NCBI GenBank assembly: GCA_951804945.1
Contig: OX638153.1
Location: 27,280,001-27,344,000, forward strand
Length of the DNA: 64,000 nt
Origin: Podarcis cretensis
Lineage: Eukaryota
Direction of reading: 5' to 3'
Position 1 is the stretch's first letter, and each line of letters opens with the position of its first letter. Shown here one piece after another: positions 12,015 to 24,551 of this stretch. The position numbers and the translations under genes were made by a program. A model generated the notes under the pieces. That model did no database searches and had not been told where the DNA came from. It saw nothing but the letters and a program-made list of their open reading frames with translations.

Positions 12015-13530
12015 AATGATATTCATCTAGGCTGCAGATACCTCAGAGTTAAAGCCTTTGCAAACTGATCACTGCTTTAAGAGCTAAACCCACGATACCA
12101 CTGCTTGTGGTTTGGCCAGTTCTCTGTCCTTTCCCATTCATAAGTAGCTGGTGGTGACTCTCAGAGGCACAATTGCCATGTGTAGTAAATTATGTATGAA
12201 GATTGCCCAATCCACCTCTCCTGTGATATAGTTTACATTAAATTGTTAATCACGAACACAGTCCTTCTCAGCATGTAATTGAATACTGAGCCAAGAGAGA
12301 AGCATTTAAATGAAACCTCCCACAAAGCTTCTTGGGGAGTTCAAAAGAAAAGAAGTTGTGCTATTAAAACAGAAGTTTACAATTAAAAAAACCAAGTTAC
12401 AGCTAACATTAATTTGTTCTCCAGAATTATTATCTGCAAACCTGGACATCAAATGTTGTGATGATGTTCTTAAATATTTGCCAAATAGTCGTTGAATAAC
12501 ACACACACACATCAATGTTATTTGATTCCAACATTTCCAGTTTTGACAATTTATAGTTGACATGCAATGGCATTCTTTGTTTGACTGTAATAGCAGACAT
12601 GCAGTAGAATGTAGCATTTGAATGCTTTTGAGATTTAATATTTGACGCCTCCTAGACATTCAACACTTAACTCTAGTTTGTTTGTTTTTAAAGAATCTGT
12701 AACAATCCATTATCTACCTTTAATTGATGGGTAGCCCTAAATAAAAAGTTCTAGAAATGCACACACACCCTCAAAAGGGGGGAGATGTAACTATCAGGAT
12801 TCCCCCCCTTTTCTTTCAATTAATGTGCATGTTGCAGAGGGGATTGCAGAGACACGGTTAATTGTTTGTTCTCATGAATTTTCCAATCCTTCCTTTCCCT
12901 TTTATTAATTCTGTCTAAATTTTACATGGCTCTCCAGAGACTGGCACTCGGGCTTTGCCCTGCCTTCTCAATCAGCATCTTCTTTTTGCACAGAGAGTGC
13001 TGCCTGATACTCATCTCTACAGGATCAGTGAGCTGAGTTTTAAAACCATGAAGCCAGTCCTCTGGTTCATTGCACAGCACATGTTTCCCAGCACCACTGC
13101 CCTGCTTCTACTTTTGCTTTTTAATTATTTAAGGCCGTTGAACAACCTTGCTTGTTTCCTTTTGAGAGGCCTGTTTAGTATGCCATTCTTAATCTGCTTT
13201 GTTACAGTCACATGGATTTCTTGTTTTACTGCATTGAAGGCACCGGCTGCATTCATAACCATGCTGAACACTCTATGTTCTTATTGGGTGGGGGGTCACA
13301 ATATGCCAAGAATTCAAGACACCTCTCTAAACTGAATTTAATATCCTAGCTTCCTTTGGTCCACTAGTTCAGCTCCCCCCCCCTTTTTGGTTTAGCTTCA
13401 TGACCTCCATCCCTACATTACCCAGAATGCATTGCAATAGTCTAGCCTTACATTGCTTACAACCTAAACTACTTTTAATATCAAGCTGCTGCCCTTAGGC
13501 TTAATGTGTGATCCAGCTTCTGTGAGCGAT

Positions 13531-14125
13531 TGTCAAGAGCGAGCCAGCAGTAAATCACACTGTGCAAGTTGGAGTCAACTCTTTATTAGCAAAAACAAAA
13601 TCAACACAGGAGTGTCAGGCCTAATGAGCACAGCAACTCATCTCCCATAGGTCTTGCCCCCATGAAGCAGTTGCTGATACTGAATGTCCCCACCTCCACA
13701 TAACTGTCTAAATTCCCACTTTTCCAGGGTTTCCCCACCCCTCCAGGCAATTGGGAACTGTGTCTGTGTATCACCAATCTCTCCACCCTTTTCATGCCTC
13801 TTCTGGTTCCGGGAGACAAATGGGGAGAGGAGCTTGTAACAGTAGGAGGGGGAGACACCTGTGACTCTTCACCAGCCGGACTCATCTTGGTCTCTCTTCC
13901 CCCACCTTCCTGCTTCAGCTTCTGCCTCTCATTCTGGACTTCCCTCTGCCACAGGTTCCCCTAGCTCACTAAGCCCTTACCTCCTCAGCTTCTGACACCT
14001 CTTCATTCCAGTCTTTTCCCTCTGACCACTCATCGTTGTCCCACCACCACTCCCCGGGCTCTGAGCCTTCTTCTCTTGGTGGTTCCCCAGCTGGTTCTTC
14101 CCACTATTCCTCTGCATCCATGACA
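13531..14125 (-). mobile_element. Solo LTR, family copy 1
   Basis: TGTCA...TGACA termini, 5-bp TSD GCGAT at 13526-13530 and 14126-14130, AATAAA on the minus strand; homologous to 44124-44735 and 50912-51265. Confidence 0.88.
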
Positions 14126-15129
14126 GCGATGTATCCATGACAGCCCATCTATTTTGTGGTCTGAGTCAAAAAGGAATGGGCAGGCTTTAGATGTAAACAC
14201 AACACTATTCCGATGCTTCTCTCCCCTTCTCTCTCTCTCTCTCTGTCTTTGTCTCTGTCCCTCCTCCCCCCACCCCCCAGTCATGTGTAGAATCACTTAC
14301 CTACGTTATCAACCTAAGAAATGTTAATGTTTGAAGTATAGCCCAGCTGGTACCTCACACTCTCTTGGTACCAACACTTTCAAAAAGTCTTGCTGCATCT
14401 TTCAGATGCCAGTTCCTGCATCCAGATATTCCACCCTTGTTCCATGATGCCACCTGGATCAGGTAACTTCTGTCTTCCTTGCTTCTGCTGCTGGGCAGTG
14501 ACAGTGCTATTTTCCATCAACAGTTTCTCAGCCAACTAGAGGTAATGCATGGGGTGGGTGGTATCTTTTTATGTCATCATACCATCCAAGCTGCAAGGTG
14601 CTGAACATTATGATCTATACACCACCCATTTTCAGCTTCACAGAAACACCAACACTATGATAATTGTTTCAGGCCAGTTGCAGGTAGGAGGAGGAAGGCA
14701 AAGTATCTGTATCAGACTTGCGCAGGACTTTTTAAAGCAGCACCCAAAATAGAAATGCAGACATTGTCAGCAGCCTGAAAGAGCACGCTGTCCTCATTCA
14801 CTGAAGTTGTGGGTGTTCCATTCTGTTGTCGCAGATGCTACTGCTACACACAATACAAATGAGATGTGGAAGAATAACAAAGCCTCATAATGAAAGAAGA
14901 AAAGAAGCCCATCCTCTCACAGCCATGGCAAACAAAAACATAAAATGGCAACGAGAGCCTGCGAGTCATCAGTACCCACCCATCTGCTACCTTTTTTTTT
15001 TTTAGCTAATCCATGAATATGCAGTTTTAGAGAATAGTAAAGGTGCAACAAAACTGAACATTTAAGCTACAGTCCTACTCCCACTTACCTAGGAGGAAGC
15101 CCCGTTGTATTCAATACCAGTTGCTAGGA

Positions 15130-15268
15130 ATCACAGTCGAGGAGAGTGCTGTTACACTCAAGTTCCACTTTGGGGCTTCCCACAGGCATCTGGTTGGCCA
15201 CTGTGAAAACAGGATGCTGAACTGGATAAGATGTTGGCCTTGTCCAAAGGACTCTTCTTATGCTCTTA
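15130..15268 (+). mobile_element. CR1-type LINE 3'UTR fragment
   Basis: GGCATCTGGTTGGCCACTGTG..ACAGGATGCTG...TTCTTATGCTCTTA tail. Confidence 0.6.
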
Positions 15269-15300
15269 ATAGGAATTTTTTTCTGAATAGATGTGGTTAG

Positions 15301-15599
15301 CAAGGCCGGCACTTCCATGAGGTGAGGTGAAGCAATTTGCCTCAGGCAGCAGATCCCTTCCCCACCGTTGCACCACTGGCAGTCCCACCCTGGCTTTGCC
15401 TGTGCAACCACATTGCAGAGCCCTTGCCCTCACTGCTCACACTGCACCCTTTCTGTTGCATTGTGGGGATAGTGTGAGCGCAGCCACAGACAAGGTGGCA
15501 GCATGGGCAGAATAGCAAGGGAAGGGAGGGGCTTATAACTAGGGGGTGGAGTCTGGGGGCATTTTGCCTACAGTGGCAAAACATCCTGGGCCACCCTTG
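15301..15599. mobile_element. hAT MITE
   Basis: CAAGG...CCTTG termini; perfect 8-bp TSD GTGGTTAG at 15293-15300 and 15600-15607. Confidence 0.82.
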
Positions 15600-16029
15600 G
15601 TGGTTAGGCTGCACTGTTAGGCTGCAATCCTGTACTCGCTTCCTTGGGGGTAAGCCCCACTGAATGCCATGTATAGGACTAATCGCACCTGGCCCTGCTT
15701 AAATTCTGCTTTCACATAATGCCTGAATCATAGTTCCATCTCTGTAGTATATGCAGTGACTCATTTGAATAAATGCATTCTGGCAGCAGTGATTAGAATT
15801 CTGAAGAGCCAGCATAAATATTTTGCAAACATGTTGCTTTAAAATATTTATTTATAGGTCATCTTACCCTCTGGCAGAAATTTTTTTAAACAGGTTTATT
15901 TTTAAATCTGCCAGACCAAGAATCAAAAAGTATTTGATATACACATGTTCATTGGGTGGTGGCTGAGGGGGGGGGGTGTCCCCCACCCCAAAGCTTACTA
16001 TTACAATGCTTGCCAGCTATATCATATTA

Positions 16030-16237
16030 CAGTGGTACCTCTGGTTATGAACTTAATTTGTTCCAGAGGTCCATTCTTAATCTGAAACCGTTCTTAACCT
16101 GAGGTACCACTTTAGCTAATGGGGCCTCCTGCTGCTGCCACCGCACGATTTCTATTCTCATCCTGAGGTAAAGTTCTTAACCCGAGGTACTACTTCCAGG
16201 TTAGTGGAGTCTGTAACCCGAAGTGTTTGTACCACTG
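16030..16237 (+). mobile_element. Tc1/mariner MITE, family A copy 2
   Basis: TA-CAGTGGTACC...GTACCACTG-TA; collinear with 5826-6051. Confidence 0.88.
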
Positions 16238-16759
16238 TATATCTTTGATAAAAATGGAATAAGTGTGAACAATGGGTACAAATGGAGAATGTAGACGTAG
16301 AGGGTACCCCATTAAGCGTTCTTCCTTTTTGGAAGCACAAGTTCCATTCCTTGCATTGGTTGGAGAACACATTTTCCCTGAGAAAGTTTAGAATTTAGAT
16401 AAAGTAGGTGGTGCACTTAGCATCAGAGATGTCCTTTATACCACTGCAGTACAACCTGCTATTCAAAAATAAGTCCTACAAAATAGCCACATGGAGATCT
16501 TGCCAATAATATTCTTTGATGGACTATTTGAAAGTTGGTAAACCCTTGTGTATAGATGACATTGAGATATGTTTAGATACTGAACAACTTCCATGGTTTT
16601 TAGGATGCCAGTTGAGATTCCTTCTATTTGGAACACAGTAAAAAAAAAAAAAAAAAAAAGGCGGCTACTAGACAGCTGACTTTGTTGGAGGAAATAATCA
16701 AGGGACAATAACACATACAATGGGCTCAGTTTCTCTGCTACACAAAGTTTTAATCAATA

Positions 16760-17180
16760 TCTCATTTGGCTCCATCTAGAGAGACACTGGTGGGAATTCG
16801 CAGAAGAGGAATGGAAGGGGATATGGCCCCAGACACATTATAGATCACAGTCAGCCCAGAGAAAATAGCTCTCATTGAAAGTGGTCCATGGCTGAACACG
16901 ATGACAGCTTTCACTTATACAGCCATGCAGTTCACCCATGTGCTGGAGGGGCTGCCAGTGGTAGGCACCTAAAGGGACATGTGGTAGAACAGTGCTGAAG
17001 TCTCAGAATTGTGGACTAAGGTGTTTAGCACTGTGCTAACTCTGCTATGGAGAGTAGGAATCTCTCTCCCAAACCTTTCTCGCCGACAAAAATGGCACAC
17101 AATTTAGGAATTTTTGGCTTAATTAACTGGCAGCTGAAGAACACTAAAAGAAGATAAGGTTTCCCTTAAATTATAGCCAC
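16760..17180 (+). pseudogene. Heavily decayed L1/Tx1-type ORF2 C-terminus
   Basis: CWRGC followed by GT..HMW. and LW.KVF remnants of the CCHC region, with frameshifts and stops. Confidence 0.45.
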
Positions 17181-18023
17181 ATTACCTCTAATTGACTGAG
17201 TTTATGGTTAAACAAATCCTGTGGCAGTCTGTCAAGGGGGAGCCTTAATCTTGGAGCCCCTGAGGCAGATCTCCTCCTGCATTAACAATATTTCCATGGC
17301 TTCCCACTCTGAATGGTAGCTGAGCAAGGTAGCTTAATTTTATTGGTTTATGGAAATGCAGGATTTCTTAAGAACATTGCTGAGCACACTTGAGAGAGTT
17401 ATTCCCTCTGTGGGATTCAGCCTTATATTAACCCACAGTTTGAAATTGACTTTCAGGAATTGTAACATTAATTTTGCCCTGCTTCATTATTCTTAGAGTG
17501 AGTGGCTGGGAAAACTGTTTTTTTCCTTTAGTGCCTTCATAAATGTCTTTCCACAATGTTAGCAAAGAATCATGCCGGTCTCTTAATATGCATACCACAC
17601 TGTCAATGCTTACTGAGGTATTCCTTCTTGTGATATCCAGCTCCGTAAATTCATAGTTAATGCCTGAAAGCCTGGACTTCCTTGCAGCAGTAATGCCATT
17701 AAGTATATATGTTCTTTGTTAATCATCTAGAAATCCTCCTTGTATTTTGTATGCATGAATGGAGCATTACGATATAAACCCCAGCAGCATTTGAAATGCT
17801 AAAGTAGCCTTAAAGCATTTCAAATATTATACATGCTGTAAATAAAGCGCTTGGTGCTCTATTATGGGTGGGGAAAACAAAACTCCATTGGTATAGGAAT
17901 GGCACCAGATCCAGAGGTGAAAAATGAGCAATTTAAATAGTAGCAAAAATAAATGTGTTATTGTTGCCAGCATTGCATGGTGGTGGGACCCAAACATTTA
18001 GTTTGACCTTTTCATCTTCAGTA

Positions 18024-18249
18024 CAGTGGTATCTAGGGTTACAGATGCTTCAGTTTACAGACACTTCAGGTTACAGACTCCACTAACCCAGAAATAGTAC
18101 CTCGGGTTAAGAACTTTGCTTCAGGATGAGAAATCGTGTGGCGGCAGCGGGAGGCCCCATTAGCTAAAGTGGTACCTCAGGTTAAGAACAGTTTCAGGTT
18201 AAGAATAGACCTCCAGAACGAATTAAGTTCTTAACCTGAGGTACCACTG
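18024..18249 (-). mobile_element. Tc1/mariner MITE, family A copy 3
   Basis: Same TIRs and TA TSD, reverse orientation. Confidence 0.88.
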
Positions 18250-18643
18250 TATATTTAATCATTTTTTACTAGAGAATACTCCTCAGGCATGGTTTCAGCA
18301 TATAGCTGCTTTCTTGTTTTGGGGAAGTTTGGGGAGATTTAATACACAAGCTGCTTTCCGGCTAATAATCATGAACTATAAGCAATCTTCTATATGTCTG
18401 TGGTGACTCCTTTCATGGAATGCTCTCCCCAGGGAGGCTCGCCAGGCACCTTAGTTACATATCTTTAGGTATCAGGCAAAAGCTTTTCTCTATAAACAGG
18501 CCTTGGACTGATCAATTACCGGTAATCTATGGCCTTTCAAATGTGTTTGTGGGAAGGGTGTTGTTTGTTTCTGTTACGCATTTTGTGTTCTTTTTTTTTG
18601 TGAGCTGCCCTGTGGTCTTTCAATGAAGGGCAGTATACAAATT

Positions 18644-18644
<1 letters not shown>

Positions 18645-18686
<42 letters not shown>
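18645..18686. repeat. (AAT)n microsatellite ending an L2-type 3' fragment (~18400-18645)
   Basis: Seen directly. Confidence 0.9.
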
Positions 18687-18687
<1 letters not shown>

Positions 18688-19156
18688 CAACGGCTAAGGC
18701 TCAGTGGAAGAGCACATTTGGCATGTAGGAAGTCCCAAGGTTATCTCCTGGCATTGCCAGATAGGGCTTAGAAACCTTGGGGAGCTGCAACTGAGCTGCG
18801 TCTCTTTAAGTCTAATCTTTTTACACACGAGTTGGCAGTTTATAAATACCTAAATAAATAAATAAATAAGCAAGCAAGCGAAGGAAGTCTGGGTCTGGTC
18901 TGTACCAGTACGGGTAACCTGGGAACCACAACTGTGGGAAATATATATAACAATGTAAATAGATTTATGTATTGATTTCATCCTCTTGTTACTGATTTTG
19001 ATCTATTTTAGATTACATGTTTGTTTTATTTGCATGCCTTCATTTTATGGTTCTAGATCTTAATTTTGTAAACTGTCCAGAGAATTTTCAGAGGGTAGAA
19101 ATATGGCATGCAAACAAAACAAAACAAAACAAAAAGCTATTAGAGATTTTAGCAGA

Positions 19157-19325
19157 AGTGTGCATGCACACGAAAGAAGTGCATGTATCTGAAGAAGTGT
19201 GCATGCACACGAAAGCTCATACCTAGAACTAACTTAGTTGGTCTTTAAGGTGCTACTGGAAGGAATTTTTTTTCTTTTATTTTGTTTTGACTATGGCAGA
19301 CCAACACGGCTACCTACCTGTAACT
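19157..19325 (+). mobile_element. Short Penelope-type insertion (terminal-repeat fragment), copy 1
   Basis: 13-bp TSD AGATTTTAGCAGA at 19144-19156 and 19326-19338; homologous to 49115-49290 and 59101-59259; carries a hammerhead motif. Confidence 0.8.
19185..19222 (+). ncRNA. Minimal type I hammerhead ribozyme motif (PLE type), core intact
   Basis: GUAU-CUGAAGA-A-GUGUGC/AU/GCACAC-GAAA-GC-UC-AUAC: stem I GUAU/AUAC, CUGANGA and GAAA boxes, 6-bp stem II, palindromic AGCU stem III, UC cleavage site. Confidence 0.75.
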
Positions 19326-22300
19326 AGATTTTAGCAGAGTTATTGACCAGACCTGGAGAAGGGCTTCTTTCATGTGATGGTAGACACTCCGCATAAATAT
19401 ATTTATTTATTTACTCAGTTACTGACTAAATCTAAAGAACCCTTCATCAGAGCTCATCTCGGGGCAGGGTAAAATACTATTACAAATCCCCACAAAACCA
19501 TGATTAATGTTATAACAATTGCACAGCAGATATCCATTACCCATGAGAGCCAGTAAAAAATAACCGTAATTAAAACCACAAATCCTTAAAAGCTTCAAAG
19601 TGGGCTACATACTTTCAGCAATACCAGGTTAGGAAGGCTTGAGGAAACAAAGGAAGTTTTTGCTTGGTGCCAAAATGAAACAACAGTTTGTGCCAAACTT
19701 TCTGTACTTGTAAGAGGAGGGTGCTCACACAAGCAAGGTACATGCCACAAAGGCAAGGGTGACCTGGGCTGGTGCAGGGTTTAAAGAGCAAATTGGCAGT
19801 TGGGCAAAAAGTGGGAGCCAGGAGAACTGGAGCAATGCCAGAGCGGGAGGTGAGTGTCAGCATTCTGCAGCAGCTGAAATGCTGGATGCCTTCAGAAGCA
19901 TCTCCATGCAAGGTGAAGTAGCCAAAGCAATGTTTTATCACAGCATGGAAGCATGGTATTAACCTGAAGGGTTTCTGAGATGAACTGCAAAGGAAAGTAA
20001 CCCTGAAGCCCAGAGTCCTCATCAAAATAATTCAGGTTCATAGCCGTGCAACGGGTTCTCATTCACCTATGGTATGGATTAAAACACGAAGAAAGATTTC
20101 ACAGCACATAGTTGTCTTGAGGCTCTTGCCAGTCTTGGTAACCCCCGTTTGGATCCAGAAGATCATTTGCAGAGGTAGCCAATGTGGTGCTTTCTAGGGG
20201 CTGTTGAACTAGGGCTCCCAACATCCCCAGAAGCCACCATGCTATCTGGGGCTGATGGGGGGTTGGCCACATTTGGAGGAACCCACATTGGCTTCCATTG
20301 CAGTAAGGGGATCTTTCACAATGACAACAGAAGCTGGGATTCACTTGCTGATCTTAGGTTTGCAAGTCCCACATCACTGACTTGGTGTCACTCCTGAAGC
20401 TTTTATCGAGATAACGCGAGTGATTCAATGCCTTTTCTGAAGATGAAGAAAACTAAGCCCTTCGGCATCTAATTTCTTTTATACTGGCTTAAGCCTCTCT
20501 TCCTATTGAACTATCAATCTGTCTCTTCAACCCAAAAGGCAGGGAGCATTTGACATCTCAGTAGGACTGCAAAGTTCCTGGGTGGAAATGAGCATAGATG
20601 GCAGGGTGGAGGATAAAGTCCTTTGAAATAGATGAGTATGTGGACATGCATGCAATGGCATTCACCTTTTGGCAACAATGAGAAAAATAACAGGAATTCA
20701 CACTCAGTGTACAAGGGAAAAGATCTCTATACAAATCTAACAATATATTCTCAGTGCCAAATTAAATAACATTGCTGCCAGTTTTTCTTCTTTTAATAGC
20801 ATGATCAACCCTAGTGCACATTAAACCATAGACATACTATTCTATGTTCTCCTCTGATAACAGTATAACTGGCAAATGCTGAGGCAATTCTTGCTGGTTT
20901 CACCCTCTAATTTTTGTTTCTTTTGAAGACTAATCATCTTTCCACTTTAAGATAAAAGCACTATTTTTTTTTTTAGTTTAAAAGCTAACCAACTTAATAA
21001 AACAACTATAGTTATACAATGCAAACATCTGAAAAGAATCACAACAAATACGAAGAGCCATCCTTCTGAAGGAGCAGAAGGTGAGCAGGCAAAAAATAAG
21101 GCCTGATTTGGTGCAAATGTTTTCCAATAACAGGAAGCAAGGGAGGCCTTACCACCTCTTGATCTGAAGAACAGTAGAGCAGATAATGAGAAGGAAATGA
21201 AGCAGTAATTAGTAATTCATTCAGACTGCACAAGCTACTCCAGCATGTAACAGAACAGAAAATGAGCTGTTGCAAACCTATCAGAATGCTGTTTCCCAAC
21301 ATTCCATGGCACTCTGTGACCAAAAAAGGGAACCCAGGATGGGTCTTTGCAGGTAAGTGGAGGCTTGATTTTCAGTGATGGGGGTCACCAGGGAATGATG
21401 TCTAATGATGTCACAGAATTCCAATGAAAACAAAAGCAGAAGTTGCCAATCCCGAGTCTGAAACAAATCAATCCAGCTCTTCCCCACCACCGCTAATCTA
21501 TGAATGATATGTAACTGATTACTCCAAAGGCCAATTAAAAATGCATTTCCTTTTTACTGAAATGGATGGTCTTTGCATTGAAATGAATGGTGGTGTGGAA
21601 ATAATTATGCCATTAATCATGTTAAATTCATAATTTATGCAACCTAGGTAAATAATTATGTAAATGATGTTAGATAGCGAACAGCAAGATGAATAATGTT
21701 GTATTTGGTGGAAACCAAACTACAGCAGAATGGGAACAGCACTGATTGTTGCGAAGACAGGCTAGAAAGGAAATTGCTGCCTTTTTATATCCCCGTCAGG
21801 CATAGATGAAGTTTTCCCTCAGATGGTTTTCCCCCATATTTACTCCTTTACTTTCTTCCATGGGACACTGTTGCAGTAAAGGTAAAACCTGCCCTGAAAC
21901 TGATTTGCACTATCCTTGCACTATCCAAGGGTAAGCTGTAGGTGACAGTGGGGAGATCTGGTTCTCGCAACATCTCTGGCAATGGAGAGCATCTTGCTGG
22001 CATATCCTTTGCAAGCCATCTTTTACATCTTTCACTGATAGCAGTGTTTTAACCTCTGCTGTCGTTGCTTAATACAACATAGGTCCTGATTGATCCGCCC
22101 TACAATCAATTGATCAATTATGAAATCTATATGTAGAGGCTCTCTTTGTAACAAAATGCCTTTGCGGAGCTACAGATGGGCGATTTAAGAACGGCTTACG
22201 TGCATTTATAAATCTCATAAACTTTGTGCCAAGAAGTTAGAGCAGAACAGGATGTTACCCAACCCACAGGAATGGAGTGGATGCTTACAGCAGCAGGCCC

Positions 22301-23064
22301 CTAATCCGCCCTTGTACTAATAAACCATCTGACATGACATCATCACATGGTGTGTTTCCAGACTACCCTCACTCCACGCCATTGGCTGCTGCAAGATGGG
22401 GTGGGGGAACACATGGTAGGACAATATCGTGGGGGACAGGAGAGGGAACAAGATCATGAGATGCTCTTTTCAATGGCAACTTGTACTGGCCGATAAACCT
22501 TCTTTTCTAGAAATATGATGCTTTGATAGAATTTCAGCACTTAGGTATGCTAAAAGCACATACCGCATCAATGGACTTTTATCAGGTGATAAGGAAAGCA
22601 AGATAAAGGGGTTAACCATAGATCACAAGCAAGACAAACAGTACTGTTTGGACATAAGGCACCAGGTTTTTTTAAAAACACACACACACAAAAATGCAGA
22701 GAAAAAGCACAGCCTTGAAAAGGGATTTGCTGCTAAGGTACATGAAAGCCTGCATGTCTTCATGCAATTATTGAGGGCAGGAAGTTAAGCATCTCCCGGG
22801 GCACAAACTCACAAAAGCATTTCTCCCAGGATTTCTGTGCAAAGACATAAACCATTTCTCCACTGTGTTGATTGTTTTGTTGGTGTGCTAAAATCTGCAA
22901 GAACCTCCCTCCCCTTGTGGTGTTGTGTCCTCAGACATGTGTGTGACCCCTTTTATGGTAGTAACCTCCTAATATTGAATGAGTAGACCACATCTATCTT
23001 CCTATTAATATGTAGAGTGGGTTTGTGAGACAGAGACACAGAGACAGACGGAGGGAGGGGGGGG

Positions 23065-23098
<34 letters not shown>

Positions 23099-23311
23099 GA
23101 TGGGTTGGGTTGCATAAGAAACCAGAACAAATCTGAGGGGGAGCAAGTACTTGGATCTCCCAAGAGTGTCCTCCATATGCTGTTGGACTAAAAAAAATCC
23201 AATTATGGCATATAAACGGCATGGGCTATTAATAACTATTATAATCCCTTACCATTGCCGATACCGATGTGAGTTAAACAAAGTTGATTCTATTCTATGA
23301 TTCTATTCTAT

Positions 23312-23447
23312 TCCTTCTTTGGAGGTCTTTAAGCAGAGGCTTGACAGCCATATGTCAGGAGTGCTCTGATGGTGTTTCCTGCTTGGCAGGGGGTTGGACT
23401 CGATGGCCCTTGTGGTCTCTTCCAACTCTATGATTCTATGATTCTAA
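23312..23447 (+). mobile_element. CR1 3' end fragment
   Basis: TTGGAGGTCTTTAAGCAGAGG...CCAACTCTATGATTCTATGATTCT tail. Confidence 0.8.
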
Positions 23448-23721
23448 GTTTGGAAGGCACCCCATTGGCTACATCTCTTAAGGACTCGTATACAGTACAT
23501 AAACCTAGCAGAAGTGCATGCTGTGTTATCAGAGCAGTGTTAGATATGATTGATGTACAACTGATAAGCAAGTGCCACTGCTGCTCCACCAGCAGTGATA
23601 ACTGAAGGCATTCATTGGGTTCATGGATTAACAATGTAGTATAGCCCATTGATAATCATCTGGGTTTTTCTCTTTCTCTAGCTCTCTCCCCCTAGTATAT
23701 ATGAACCCTTGTAGTTATAGG

Positions 23722-24040
23722 CAGTGCCGGATTTATGTATAAGCTAAACAAGCTATAGCTTAGGGTCCTACTCTCTTGGGCCCCTCAAAAAAAAATTAAA
23801 GGGAAAAAACCTGGATGCACATTTCCAAAATATAAGATAAAAAACAAATAAAATAAAACCTACCTACAGCAACAGTGTTTTGTGTTGTGTATGGCCCTAT
23901 TAAGTCCATAAATTACCATATAGTATATATTCAACACAAAAAACAGTGACAATTTGTTGTTGACAAAGGACAGCTGGGCATATAAAGGGCCCCATTACCT
24001 TCAGTAGCTTAGGGCCTCATCAAACCTAAATCCGGCCCTG
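23722..24040. mobile_element. hAT MITE
   Basis: TIR CAGTGCCGGATTTA / TAAATCCGGCCCTG; perfect 8-bp TSD GTTATAGG at 23714-23721 and 24041-24048. Confidence 0.9.
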
Positions 24041-24551
24041 GTTATAGGTACAATCCCCTACACATGCAGTGGTAGTTATGATAACTGAGCAGGTTATGAT
24101 GAGCAGGGGAAGTTGGAGAAAAGGGATATTTCTGAACTCTCTCTTCAGGAGGGTTTGGCACTTCATGTCTGAGGCTGAAGATGTAGGTCCTACATCCAAA
24201 TTCAAACAAGTGCTGCCTTTTAGCTGCACAGGAGGAACCTTTTTTTCCTTTAGGCATGAATGTACCCATGCCCATCATCCTATATGATACCAGGTCCAGG
24301 AAAGGTGCATTTGGTTAGCTCAAAAATGACCTGGTGGGCCAATTCAGCCCATAGGCCAGAAATATCCCACCACTGATGTAGAATAGCCCTGGGGATGAGT
24401 CTGCTCAGAAGAGCAGAGGAAGTAGCCCAAATATAAAGAGGCTAGAGACCCAGCTATATGCTGAAGGAACAAACAGATGTGAATTCTAGTGGGAGAGGGG
24501 TAGCCCCCTTCATACATGTCACCTTGAATTCCTTGGAGGAAAGATGGATTA

